Below are positions 51,618 to 64,000 of a DNA stretch of 64,000 nt, in pieces (the first letter of the stretch is position 1; every line of letters begins with the position of its first letter). The notes under the pieces are model-generated. The model made no database searches and had not been told where the DNA came from. It saw only the letters and a program-made list of their open reading frames with translations. Position numbers and translations under genes: made by a program. Origin of the DNA: Octopus sinensis. Taxonomy: Eukaryota. Location of the stretch: positions 52,018,001-52,082,000 of the forward strand of contig NC_042999.1 of assembly GCF_006345805.1 (NCBI RefSeq), given 5' to 3'.

Positions 51618-51964
51618 CTTGAAGGGATATCGAATTGTGGGGATATCGAAGGACCAGTGTTAAATTGGCAATGTTTTAGGCCTAATGCAGTTTTTTAAAA
51701 GATAAAAAGGACTAGAAAAGTTGTTAATGTTAGACTCACTTCCAGAGATCCTTCGTCTCTAAACTTGAATCGTCATTTCTGGATCAGAATTACCAGGATT
51801 TTCGTAAGAGTGGTATTCATTATGTCTGTAGTAGTCTGTTAATCCTGAGAGAATTCCCAAAGAATACATGTTGAAGCTAAAAAAAAAGTAATTTCTATAT
51901 AGAATCCCTGCTTAATTTTCCATATATATTTTCCATGTTAATACCTTTCTGAAAGTCATTAATA

Positions 51965-52165
51965 ATCGTTTCCAGTTTTGGCAACAAGACAGCAGTTTCT
52001 GGTCGATCAGTTTAATCCTAGTATGTAATTGGTACTTATTTTGTCAACTCTGAAAGGATGGAAGGCAGAGTCGACTTCGGAATTTGAACACAGAACGTAA
52101 AGACGAACGAAATATGGCTGAGCATTTTGTCCGATGCGGTAACGATTCTACCAGGTCACTGCCTA
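51965..52165 (-). mobile_element. SINE family A, diverged
   Basis: Reverse complement similarity to family A. Confidence 0.7.
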
Positions 52166-53187
52166 CCTAAAGTCATTGATAATAAAAATTATATGAAATA
52201 GTTTGAACCGAATGGTGGTTTGGTTTATTAGAAACTAAAGGCAATCTCTACAATATATGTCAGTGTACCGATTACCGATATTGACATAAATCAGGAGAAA
52301 GAGGGGTGAAATATCCCTCACGGTTCACTGATGTGGAATTTATCGATCACAGAAAAAAAAAAGCTAAAAAAACATCGACGGAATTTGGATCTAGAATTAG
52401 GAAGAATGAAACTAAATATTGCGATCAACTAGCGATTCTACCAATCTTCCGCCCTCGTATTGTTTTACTATAATCTAAGAACTCGATTCTTCATATCCAA
52501 TTCTATGTTCTCGTGGAACTTTCTCAAAGAAAGCAGAAGTTCTATTTTTGACAGCAAACTGTTAAGATGTAGACATTTCAAATACGGCTAATATCTGCTT
52601 ATGGAAAGACAGAATAATTACAAGAATGGTTTTCTGCAAAGATGTCAAACAATCTATAGTTTTCCTTAGGGAAACGTCAATATGCGGCAGAGTTTCGAAA
52701 AGTTGGCTTCCTTCCAGACGCCTCTTTCATATCAAAAATTTCGCTTTCAGTGAAATTATATCGGATATATAATACGTTGTTGACCGGCCAATGATCTGCT
52801 AAAAATAAAAATTATCAACTGAAAATCTTTTGCTTGAGAAAATTTGGAAGTAGTTTTTGTAGAATATGTTTCATTCAAAAATAAATGAATTCCACCGTTT
52901 ATATTGAATAATTAAGAAAACAAAATGTAATTTTAGAATATGTTGAGTTAACAATAATTTCTATTACCTTAGACATGTTAGAATGAGAGGCAGTAAACAG
53001 CCTCAGGAGACGAGACACATTGTAGGGTTTTAAAATATCGGGATATATCATAAAATAGGGAGAGAGAAAGAGAGAGAGGGGGGAGAACTAAGAGTTAAGT
53101 GATGATACTGGTTATCTAGCATTGGTGAACATCGTTTGATGGTAAGTGAAAAGACAAGGTTGGAGACAGTCACCTTGTATATATATT

Positions 53188-53582
53188 TATTTCTTTATTG
53201 TCCATAAGGGGACAAACATAGAGAGGACAAACAAGAACAGACAAAGGGATTAGTCGATTACATCGACCCCAGTACGTAACTGGTACTTATTTAATCGACC
53301 CCTAAAGGATGAAAGGCAAAGTCGACCTCGGCGGAATTTGAACTCAGAACGTACGGCAGACGAAATACCTATTTCTTGACTACTCACAAGAAGCTAAACA
53401 CAGAGAGAACAAGCAAGGACAGACAAACGGGTTAAGTCGATTATATCGACCCCAGTGCGTAACTGGTACTTATTTAATCGATCCCGAAAGGATGAAAGGC
53501 AAAGTCGACCTCAGCGGAATTTGAATTCAGAACGAAATACCGCTAAGCATTTCGCCCGGCGTGCTAACGTTTCTGCCAGCCG
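53188..53582 (-). mobile_element. dimeric SINE family A with 15-bp flanking direct repeat
   Basis: Full unit followed by a 5'-truncated unit; ccttgtatatatatt at 53173-53187 and 53583-53597. Confidence 0.9.
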
Positions 53583-53914
53583 CCTTGTATATATATTAAC
53601 TGCAACATGACCTCTTCTCTAGACTGAATACATTTTACTTTCGTCATTAATAGTATTCAAAATTTATGACCGCCCCAACCTCGGATCGGATTAAAAGAAA
53701 AAATTAATGAATTATCGCATGAGAAAATCTCTGATATTGGCTTTTGGTGCAAAATGTTCTCTTGTACAGAACGCCCACATTTAAGAGGAGACATATAATT
53801 GCTCTCTGTATTAATAATCCCTCTGTCGCTAATATATATATATATTTTTAACAAGTTAACTGGTTCATCGGGACATAGGCGCCTGTTATGGTACTAATTT
53901 TGTATATATCACTG

Positions 53915-54039
53915 GCGGGAAGATGAATCACTGCTACCTTTAGCGGTCGAGCGTCCATCATTGATAATATCAAGAAAAGGTCGAAATCACGTGATGTGGT
54001 AGTTTCGGTGCAAGAGGTGGTGGTGATTCATCTCCCCGC
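53915..54039. mobile_element. MITE-like element with 25-bp imperfect terminal inverted repeats
   Basis: gcgggaagatgaatcactgctacct / aggtggtggtgattcatctccccgc. Confidence 0.55.
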
Positions 54040-54600
54040 TACCGATTTAAACAATGATGCATTTTGCACGAAAAAGCCAATATGGGAGATTTTTTTCATG
54101 GTAACCATTGCAGTAAAGTATGTCCAAACAGAACATCCAGGTTTTTAAGTGGCAATAAATATTACCTCCCCGTATTGACACTTTCATCTGATGTTAAGAA
54201 ATATAAAATTATTTACGTTTTCTACGTAGGATCAATGAGATCTTTCTCAATATACATTGTTAGCATCAAATCCAAGAGAGTATCTGTAACCGAAATTGTT
54301 TAAATAATTTACTATGAACTTCTCAGATTCATAAATAGAACGCTAAGCACTTTGTTCCAATATTCGTTTCCTTCCAATGTTCTGCCGAATTTTACGCTTT
54401 CTACGAGTTTTGAGTGCGTCTTCATTGAACTGCACCGCTATACAAAATCTCAAAATAGCTTTATAGTTTGGCATCGATCACCGTTAAAATATTCGGACAC
54501 AATTACGTAATTCCTCTCTCCCTTTCTTTCTCTCCCTACACACACAAACACATATATATGCATGCATACATGCACACACATATATGTATACACACACATC

Positions 54601-54653
<53 letters not shown>

Positions 54654-54654
54654 T

Positions 54655-54712
<58 letters not shown>

Positions 54713-54753
54713 CATATATATACATATACATATATATATACATATATATATAT

Positions 54754-54815
<62 letters not shown>

Positions 54816-56680
54816 TGGCCTGCTCGGGGTGTCTCTTAGCGTTTACTACATTGAAGTGATTTATCCTAATATATCGCAGGATTAAAACTGTTAATTTAAA
54901 ATCAAGAAATAAGATGCATAGAATACGCAGATTTGATTTTTGTTAGCGTACTTATGAAGTTTTAAAATTTCTTGTCAGTCATAATAATGTATGGCACTCT
55001 TTCAATCTTTTTGAAAGGAACAACATTACATAACCCGAGGTATATCAATTAAGCATATTATGAAGTGAAACATTGCTTAAAGATGGAAAATAATTAGTCT
55101 GGAAGAAATTTATGGAATGTACATACTCCTTTTTTATGTTTTTCATTTTCCTTATGCAGTGAGAGTAGTTTAGTAATCTAAGAAAAAAGAGAGAGATAAA
55201 TGAGTATTCTTAGTATCTGTATACGGGGTAACTGTTTCCAGGGGGTTGTACCTTGTGAGAGCATTTTATAGAAGTAAATGTTTTAGTTTAAACGAAAAAC
55301 GAAATCAGTAAGTTGTCTTCAATATAGTCTTTCAGGTGTAGATATTGATTTCAAGTTGCTCTTCCATAGTCGCGTTATGTAGGACAAACAGCTCACCCGA
55401 AACACAACACCTTGACTTTCATGTACAGGTTAGTTGGAACCTTTTAAATTCGCAACCAGAATATGTTAAACACATGACGCCATCTAGTGGATAGTTAATG
55501 CACGGGAGGTAATAATCTCTTCAAAATAGAAATTTCAATTTGAAATTGAGGAATAAGGGGAAAAATGCATCTATCTATCGATCTGTTTGTCTGTCTGTTT
55601 GTCTGTCTAGGAAGGGCAATGAGTCAGGCTTTTTGTGGAGTCTTTGTGAGAAGTGAGATGTCTCAAGGAGTTTTAAGGTGTCCATAGAAAGAGAAATGAG
55701 TTATGATATTTATAAAACCTTTATAGAAAGGGTAATGATATTGGCATCGCAACGCATCATAGGTTCTTCCGTAGCAGTGATTCGTGAAAATAACAATATT
55801 TACTCTGATTAACTAACCATACCTAATATTCACAAATGCCTGTATTTTGCTAAAGGTACTCAATATCATTGTGCTGCCCTTCACACATTACATCTACGAA
55901 ACAAGAACAAAGACAATATACTTCACACGTTTCTCTTAGTATCCATCGCACACATTTGACTAACACGGCTTGCATCACTGTGAAAATAACTAACCGCTTG
56001 TATCAACTTGAGGCTCAGAAAACTGTAAAACTGTGAAAAGAGAATGTCGCTTGCCAGATGGTCAGACAGTTACACGGAATGACATTGCATTAAAATGTAA
56101 TGAATCAATCCAGTAAATATTTAGTTCAAAGATCAACAGGATTTCACACTAATTTTCCGGATTAAAATCAAACCAACAACCATATTTTACCATGAAGTAA
56201 AAATGTCAGTATTTACAAATTATAATCTTATTCTGAAAATATCTTAACGTTTTAATAGCATTCGCATAATTCAATAGATAATCAATAAGGCTAAACTGGA
56301 CGCTTCCTGTATATTATTTGCATAACTCAATACACTTGAAATATCATTTGAAATTACATTTTAATATTATTTGCAAAATGAAATCTACAGAATGTTTCTT
56401 GATGTCTGATTGCTTGGACGTGGATTCGAATTATCAATGAGTCATGTGGACTGAAACGGTTTCAATTCTTAGATAATATTGAATCCAATTCTTTCTCTTT
56501 TGAACTCAACTAACAGCCAATGGATCTGAAGTGAGGATTCATCTTAAGCTGCGGCATATTCACAGAGGCCCGAAGGAAGTAAAACAGTGGAACGTATAAG
56601 TGCAACCGGCATTAGATATCCTGAATGACACACATATGCACACACACGTACACACACACAAGCACGCACACATTCTATTA

Positions 56681-56795
56681 AGTCACCTGATGAGGCTCCT
56701 TTGCACTGTGCGATGCAACTGATGTCATTATACCAATCCCCACCCACTAGGGAGCAAGGCAGCAGGCAGCCGAAACAATTGTAATGCTGAATAAA
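56681..56795 (+). ncRNA. type-I hammerhead ribozyme motif with long domain II and downstream AATAAA
   Basis: CTGATGA (56687-56693), stem II GGCT/AGCC, GAAA (56772), palindromic stem III CAATTG, GUA triplet; stem I imperfect; AATAAA at 56790-56795. Confidence 0.65.
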
Positions 56796-56997
56796 GCTTC
56801 TAGTAATACTCCGTCTTCTGTATCAGTCATTTAAAACGTGCACCCAGGAACTTGTTACATAAATCCAGCGACGAAAGCGGAGTACCACGGATGACGCCTG
56901 GTAGCCATAAGTGATGAACGTGCTCTGCAGGCACACAACCCGAAAGAAGGTTTGGATATTTTTTTTATGACTCTTATCTAAATTTTAATTTCAAATT

Positions 56998-57054
<57 letters not shown>

Positions 57055-57489
57055 ATCGAGGATTTTTCGTCAGGGTGACACCAACTAATATAAGAGCACT
57101 CGGAGTGCTCAAATAGGTATGCCACTAAACTTCCGGATTGAACTGTGGTTGAAGATGTGATTTTGTGATTCCCTCAGCAAAGCGGATAAAAGTGGTTTCC
57201 CTTTGAGTCTGTAGGTATTTCTCTCCGATGACGTTATACTCAACATATGGAAACTTCATTCGACTCGATGTTCCAAAATTGGGATGTCCAAATAACAGCT
57301 ATCTATACATTTTAATATATACCTAAATTAAATCTCCTTATCAAACTACTGATATGTTTCTGTGTTTTAAGCACAGTTTCTCCATAAAAGATGCAATCTC
57401 CGGACGAGTGTTGCATTTAATTTTTTTTTTGTGGTGTATTTACATTGAGTATGATACAGAAACGGTTATTTCAATCTAATACCGCTACT

Positions 57490-57950
57490 GTCTGGTAAGA
57501 AGTTTGCTCCTAAAGCTTATGGTTTCAGGTTCAGTCCCACTGCGTGACACCTCAGGCTGGCGCATTTATTATAGCCCCTAGGTGACCAAAGAATTGTGAG
57601 TTGATATCGTCGAGAGAAACTTAAAGAAGTCCTTCTTGTATCACTCTCACTCACTCACTCACTCACTCAGTCTGTTTGTCGATATGCATGTCGTATATAT
57701 GACTGTGTATGTGTGTGTGTGTGCATGCGTCTGTGTCTTTTTGCGTTTGTGTTTGTTCCCTACCGCCGCTCGATAACCGGCGTTGGTTTGTTTACGTTTC
57801 AATGACTTAGCGGTCATGAAAAGTAAACGATATAATAAGTAGCAAACCAAAAAAAGAAAAAGCGTACTGAAGTCGATTTGTTCGACCAAATCCTTCGAAG
57901 CAGTGCCCCAGCATGGCCGTAGGCTAATGACAGAAACAACTGAAATATAG
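57490..57950 (+). mobile_element. SINE family B, diverged
   Basis: ggttcagtcccactgcgtgacacc...cagcatggccgtaggctaatgacagaaac. Confidence 0.75.
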
Positions 57951-58007
57951 ATAAGGTATGTTAGAAAGATAGATAAGGTATATTAATCTTCTGTGAGTGT
58001 TCAAAGC

Positions 58008-58200
58008 GGAGAGCTGGCAGAGTCGTTAGCACGCAAGACAAAATGTTTAGCGATATTTCGTCAGCCTTATGTTCTGAGTTCAAATGCCACCGAGGACGAC
58101 TTAACCTTTCATCGTTTTGGAGTCGACAAAATAAGTACCAGTTGAGCACTGGATTTGATTTAATCGAAGACCGCTGGATTTTTACCAAAATTTGAACCCA
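58008..58200 (+). mobile_element. SINE family A
   Basis: gagagctggcagagtcgttagcacg... Confidence 0.8.
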
Positions 58201-58203
58201 GTA

Positions 58204-58236
<33 letters not shown>

Positions 58237-58448
58237 TCTGTTTCTTCGCTTGTACACACACGCGTTTGTGATGTACGATGGCTTTTACTACTGGAACTCC
58301 GTGAGTTGAAGAGACAATGCTTTTCTGTTAAGTTTATACAATAAAAGCAAAATTCTACTGATCGAAGTATTTTGTCTGTCTGTTATTAGAGATGTCGGAC
58401 GCTACTGCCTGCGTTTTTAGTTAGCAGAATGCTCCCCCGAGCCATTAC

Positions 58449-58489
58449 CTTTAGCCAATTAGTTGCTGATGCAATAACAGATGAGCCTT
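58449..58489 (-). CDS. candidate 41-nt internal exon
   Basis: Long pyrimidine tract ending ttgaaacag, open (x)GSSVIASATNWLK, donor AAG|gtaatg. Confidence 0.35.
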
Positions 58490-58786
58490 CTGTTTCAAGC
58501 AAGAAGCCAATGGTAAACAATAACATCAAAAAAACAAACAAAGAAAAGAACAGCAAAAATCCATCCCCACTCTAAATCTCAAAATCAGACTAAAGTATAA
58601 ATGGTAACACAATGAAAAAGAAATCTAATTGTAATGCAATTCCCTGCTGAACCCATTGGCAAGCACTTGAAACCTTTGTCCTGTAAACAGATATGTGTTT
58701 TCGTCGAATGGCTTTCATATTTCAAAACAAATGATCGTTCCATTTTGCGCCTCACTGACTTTAAATTATGTTAAATAGAACTCGCC

Positions 58787-58828
<42 letters not shown>

Positions 58829-59117
58829 TGTATGTGTGTATCTATGTATGCATATGTCTATATGCACGTGTGTGTAAGTACATAGATCAGAGTTGTGTGT
58901 TGAGTGTTAAACAGATATTTTTCTGAATAGTTAGAGATCAATATGTAAATCGAGTTTTGTGTGAAATTACAACATAACAGCATGATGGGAATTCAATTAC
59001 TGCCTCACCCACCTCAATTGCAAAACGCAGCAGCCATTTGGATTATTCTATTTTGTTACTCATCGATGCAAGCAGCAAGTGGCAATACATGAATGACTAG
59101 CGACGGACAAAGCGACC

Positions 59118-59155
59118 AAGTAATAATAATAATAATAATGATGATGATGATGCTG

Positions 59156-59246
<91 letters not shown>

Positions 59247-59260
59247 TAATAATAATAGTA
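59118..59260. repeat. (AAT)n microsatellite
   Basis: Direct reading. Confidence 0.95.
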
Positions 59261-59588
59261 AAATGCATACCGCAGCGAATAGCTAGCAGCATGGATATGT
59301 GACAGCGAACTACCGGGAAGATTAGATCAAATCTGAAACCATCACGAACCAGGAATTAAGAATCGGCAAGAACAATGAAAGGAAACTATGTTCTAATGAG
59401 AACCATCTCAGGAAACTGGAATATATATATATATAAACTTCCCTGAGATACTCCAAAACAACACGTGTCTGAAAATGTAAACACATGGATTGCAATATTT
59501 ATATACGAAAAGTGCTAATTTGTGAGTAAAATATTAAATTTAATATTTTAATTACATATTTTACAATATTTTACAATATTTTAAATCA

Positions 59589-59992
59589 TAGGCACAGGAG
59601 TGGCTGTGTGGTAAGTAGCTTGTTTACCAACCACATGGTCCCGGGTTCAGTCCCACTGCGGGGCACCTTGAGCAAATGTCTTCTACTATAGTCTCGGGCC
59701 GACCAAAGCCTTGTGAGTGGATTTGGCAGACGGAAACTGAAAAGAAGCCCGTCGTATATATGCGTGTGTGTGTTTGCGTGTCTGTGTTTGTCCCCCTAGC
59801 ATTGCTTGACAACCGATGTTGGTGTGTTTATGTCCCCGTTACTTACCGGTTCGGCAAAAGAGACCGATAGAATAAGTACTGGGCTTACAAAAGAATAAGT
59901 CCCGGGGACGAGTTGCTCGATTAAAGGCGGTGCTCCAGCATGGCCGTAGTCAAATGACTGAAACAAGTAAAAGAGTAAAAGGGTAAGAGTAA
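59589..59992 (+). mobile_element. SINE family B, full length
   Basis: ggcacaggagtggctgtgtggtaag...gaaacaagtaaaagagtaaaag. Confidence 0.92.
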
Positions 59993-60034
59993 AGAGTATA
60001 CATCCATATTCATACACGACCCCTCTCTCCCCCA

Positions 60035-60118
<84 letters not shown>

Positions 60119-60309
60119 TTGCTGTCTCTTCTCGGTCTCTCGCTTACACATCAATAATAATTATGAATAAGAAAAATACCGCAGCGAATATGAAGCGAGC
60201 TGCCGGGAAGATTAGATCAAATTTTTCGAAAATACGCATTCCTTCCTTTACTGTTTTGTCAATTTGTGGTAAGGACAAGCATTGCTTTTCTAATTGACAC
60301 CGCTGTTCC

Positions 60310-60955
60310 CCATATTTCCCATACCTCTAACAAGGAATTCACGTAATCCTTAAATCGTAGTCTTGGTTTCTACTGGGAGCGCTTTCCACAAACTAGTTCT
60401 GTTTAGGGACCCTCCGATCATTCATTCAAACAAGATGTGTACTCCAACGTAAATGGTACTTGTGCATTATTGCTTAAATGTCCAGGATGTCGGTTCTCCT
60501 AAGAATTCTGTGCTTGGAATCCTCAAGGACCAGCCAACATTTTGAATGTGTCCAAAACATCTCTGATGCAATCCTTTGAGGAACCTTACATGATGTTTGT
60601 AAAGAGTTCACGTCTCACACGAGTAAAGGAGAGACGTCAGAGCATTTGCAAGGTACAGAGCCTCTTTTGTTTGCCTTTTGATATGCCACGTTGAGATCAG
60701 ACATGAGACGGAAGCGCCCCCTAGAGGATCAGCTGTCTTGCCTGAAAGATAATTCATCATCCAAGGAGCAAGAACGGTCAAGTGTGTTGCCCAGGTACAA
60801 AGACTTGTCTATCACTATCAGTCCTGCTCCTCCAACTAAGATGCATCGATTTATTCAAAATAGTTTCGAAGAGCACAAAATGAATCAGACCACTTGGAAA
60901 GACCAGCCCCTCCGAATTTCAATATAATCAAGCATTTGTAGTGCCTTTTGGCATC
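60310..60955 (-). mobile_element. RTE-clade LINE RT C-terminal fragment (decayed)
   Basis: YLGNTL...SLDDE...LTSLLYSCET*TLYKHHVRFLKGLHQRCF in mixed frames. Confidence 0.75.
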
Positions 60956-61326
60956 GTAAGTGAGAAGTCACTTCTCTCTGCCATCGTCACTGGAAGAACT
61001 AAAACAAGATTCCTAACGGCTGTCAAAATTTGTACGGGTCAATTCCACGGCGTATAAAAGCTATGATTGATGCCAAATGTAATCAATTCGATATTTAAAA
61101 AATATCTCAGATCACAAAACTTGAAATTTTGGGGATAGGAGTAAGTCGATTACATTGACCCCTTGGCTCAACTGGTAATTATTCCATTGAGTCCGAAAAA
61201 ATAAAAGTCTAGGGTGACACAAAACAACATTTGATAACAGAATGTCAAGCATGAAGAATTGAATTTTGTCCAGATAGTAACTTCGATTTAACAAGGTGCT
61301 TACATTATTCTTGTCTGGCACGTGTG

Positions 61327-61411
<85 letters not shown>

Positions 61412-61454
61412 GTATATCTGGCTGTCTGTCTGTCTGTCCATCTGTCTGTCTGTC

Positions 61455-62160
61455 TACGAGCCGGGACCTATGGTCAACTTCCAGAGATCCCTGGCCTATC
61501 AGTGCTATCGAGAAGCGCTACCCGTTCGAGATAATCTCTACAGGCATGGCTCGAGAAACATGGAGCCGACCTACCTGAGATTGCGGTCAGAGCGACGAAA
61601 CCGTTCTGCAAGCACTCGTACAGTGTCCAAGCATTTCCGACCTGTGCGCCTATGTCGAGCGACTGCTACTGTGTGTGGGACGAGTCAGTTTATCAACCGA
61701 GTCTATCGCGCCTTCTTCCTTGAAACGGGAAGGAAGAGCCATTTTCATCGTAATTGTGGCTATGGCGAAATATGTGTATGGTGGACGCGTCTGAAAGACA
61801 AACACTTTCCTCTCTGGTCAATCTCTCATCAACTTCTTCAAGTATCACTTGAAGAGGAAGGTGAGAGTAGAGAGGGAATTTTAGTCTAGTGAATGTTTCA
61901 AAAAAAGATAGGTGAATGTAGCAAGGATGGTACGTGTGATTGACGAAGCCAGCTTGATCATAATTCTATGAACCGAAAAGAAAGAAAGAAAAAAAGAGAG
62001 TAACTTACTGTAATGCGTTTTTTTGCATGACATTATTGCCCGAGGTTACCGTGGTCTTTTCTGTAGGCTTTTCTTTCCACGGATAAACCTAATCTGTTTC
62101 CCTCTTTAGTGGCTCTGGAGTTTATTTTAGTATAAGCAGTGCTGGTCAGCACCCTCCGCC
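61455..62160 (+). mobile_element. Tx1/L1-clade LINE 3' end (C-terminal zinc-knuckle region and 3' UTR)
   Basis: [25 protein letters not shown]...ETVLQALVQCPSISDL...FFKYHLKRKVRVERE in shifted frames. Confidence 0.75.
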
Positions 62161-62464
62161 ACTTTTGTGACCTCTATTAATTTTTGCTATGTATGTATTT
62201 ATTTATGTATGTATGTGTGTGTGTATGTATGTATGTATGTATGTATGTACGTACGTACGAGTGTGTGTTAGAAAGAGAATTCGCTCATATAGTCCGTTCA
62301 ATGAAGTCGTTGTTGTGCAGTTATCCAATGAACCCATCTGGAATATTGTTTAGTCCCTCTCTTACTGGAAAGAGAAGAACATGCGATACTTTAGCGATAT
62401 TTGAGACACTAACTCCCTCTACCTTCAAACATGTATATTACTTATACAGATATTTTATATACTT

Positions 62465-62895
62465 AGGCGCAGGCGTGGCTGAGTGGTAAGAAGCTTGCTT
62501 CCCACCACATGGTTCCGGGTTCAGTCCCACAGCGTGACACCTTGCGCAGGTGCCATCCACTATCACCTCGGGCCGACTAAAGCGTTGTAAGCGAATTTAA
62601 TAGACGGAAACTGAAAGAAGCCCGTCGTATACACACACACATATATATATGCATATATGTATGTATGCATGTATGCATGTACTTGTGTGTCTGTGTTTGT
62701 TCCCCCACCATTGCTTGTCAACAGATGTTGGTGTGTTTACGGCCCCGTAACTTAGCGTCCTCGTAACCGATAGAATAAGTACTAGGCTTACAAAGAATAA
62801 GTCCTGAGGTCGATTTGTTCGATAAAAGGCTGTGCTCCAGCATGGCCGCATTGGAATGACTGAAACAATTGAAAAAATAAAAGAATAAAAGAACA
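62465..62895 (+). mobile_element. SINE family B, full length
   Basis: ggcgcaggcgtggctgagtggtaagaagcttgc...cagcatggccgcattggaatgactgaaac. Confidence 0.9.
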
Positions 62896-63007
62896 TCAAG
62901 TCGGTTACATAACCTAGATATATTCAACAAGTATTTTGCACTGGATATGTGGTCAATTTGCAGCACTCAAAAAAGAAATACTACTCTACCCTACAAAACC
63001 ACAACCT

Positions 63008-63237
63008 ATTTCTTTACTACCCACAAGGGGCTAAACACAGAAAGGACAAACAAGGACAGACAAACGGATTAAGTCGATTATATCGACCCCAGTGCGTAAC
63101 TGGTACTTAATTTATCGACCCCGAAAGGATGAAAGGCAAAGTCGACCTCGGCGGAATTTGAACTCACAACGTAACGGCAGACGAAATACCGCTAAGCATC
63201 TCGCCCGGCGTGCTAACGTTTCTGCCAGCTCGTCGCC
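63008..63237 (-). mobile_element. SINE family A, near consensus
   Basis: Reverse complement of ggcgacgagctggcagaaacgttagc...gggtagtaaagaaata. Confidence 0.92.
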
Positions 63238-63244
63238 TTCCAAC

Positions 63245-63420
63245 AAAACCACCACCACCACCACTACCACCACCACCACCACCACCACCACCACCGCAAA
63301 CATCACCGTCGCCGCCACCACCACTGTCAGCATCATCACCACCACCATTACCACTGCCAACACTGCCACTGCCTTCTCTACGAACGTCATCACCATCACT
63401 ACCTCAACAATTAGCGCCAC
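63245..63420. repeat. (ACC)n degenerate trinucleotide repeat
   Basis: Direct reading; explains the poly-T/P/V ORFs. Confidence 0.9.
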
Positions 63421-63926
63421 CAGCACGAGAGAGCAGCAGGAGGGGGGAGGAGGCTGGGAATGCGAAAGAAAGGAAGGAGGAAAGAGGAAGAAAGTGTGGG
63501 GGGGGGGAAGAATGAGATAGAGGAAAAGAAAGAGAAAGGTTAACTGTTCAATTTGTAGCGGGGGAAAAAAAAAGCAATGACAGGGGTTCAAATGGGTGAA
63601 ATACCAGCAGATATCAGTTAGAAGATCGATTGACAATGAAATCTATCTATCAGCTATGTTTATCAGCATATACATATCTATTACATTCTTAATACACACA
63701 CACACACACACACACACATGAAGGCGCGCATACGCGTACTCACATGCGCACACACTGATTGAGATAATCAGACAATCAATAAACAACCCAGATATAAAAG
63801 CCGGAAAATTTTGTGATACTCCGGTTTATTTTCAGGCCACAATACTCTCAATAAACTCCCTATGAAATGCTTAGACTGTCTATAGCAATCTGTTCAAGTC
63901 ACATTGAACTCCTAACATTATATATC

Positions 63927-63983
<57 letters not shown>

Positions 63984-64000
63984 TCTCTATGTCTCTATGT

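Noticed and set aside
57051-57080. Minus-strand CTGACGA abutting (TA)n
   Set aside because: The 3' half of a hammerhead is missing, so it cannot be called.
5640-63636. Dozens of long ORFs rich in YI, HT, CV, CMYV, YLSI, poly-I/T/P/V
   Set aside because: They are translations of (TA)n, (CA)n, (TACA)n, (TCTA)n, (AAT)n and (ACC)n microsatellites that lack stop codons.

Overview
AT-rich, microsatellite-dense eukaryotic DNA. The SINE/LINE repertoire points to an octopus (coleoid cephalopod) genome; this is inference from repeat content. No complete protein-coding gene can be supported. Most ORFs in the track are translated microsatellites, and only a few weak candidate exons remain. The window holds many tRNA-derived SINEs, decayed non-LTR retrotransposons (RTE, R4/Dong-like, HERO-like, Tx1/L1-like, CR1-like), a DD37D mariner fragment, a Penelope-like (PLE) RT remnant and a tRNA-Asp pseudogene. 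The most striking signal is a recurring set of type-I hammerhead ribozyme (HHR) motifs from several unrelated repeat families, several of them inside fold-back structures. These include a 505-bp tandem/circularly permuted, ORF-less, retrozyme-like element with two HHRs (42154-43209) and a 2.6-kb inverted duplication with two mirror-image HHRs carrying an ~85-nt domain II (16412-19009). All calls were made by eye, with no searches run.
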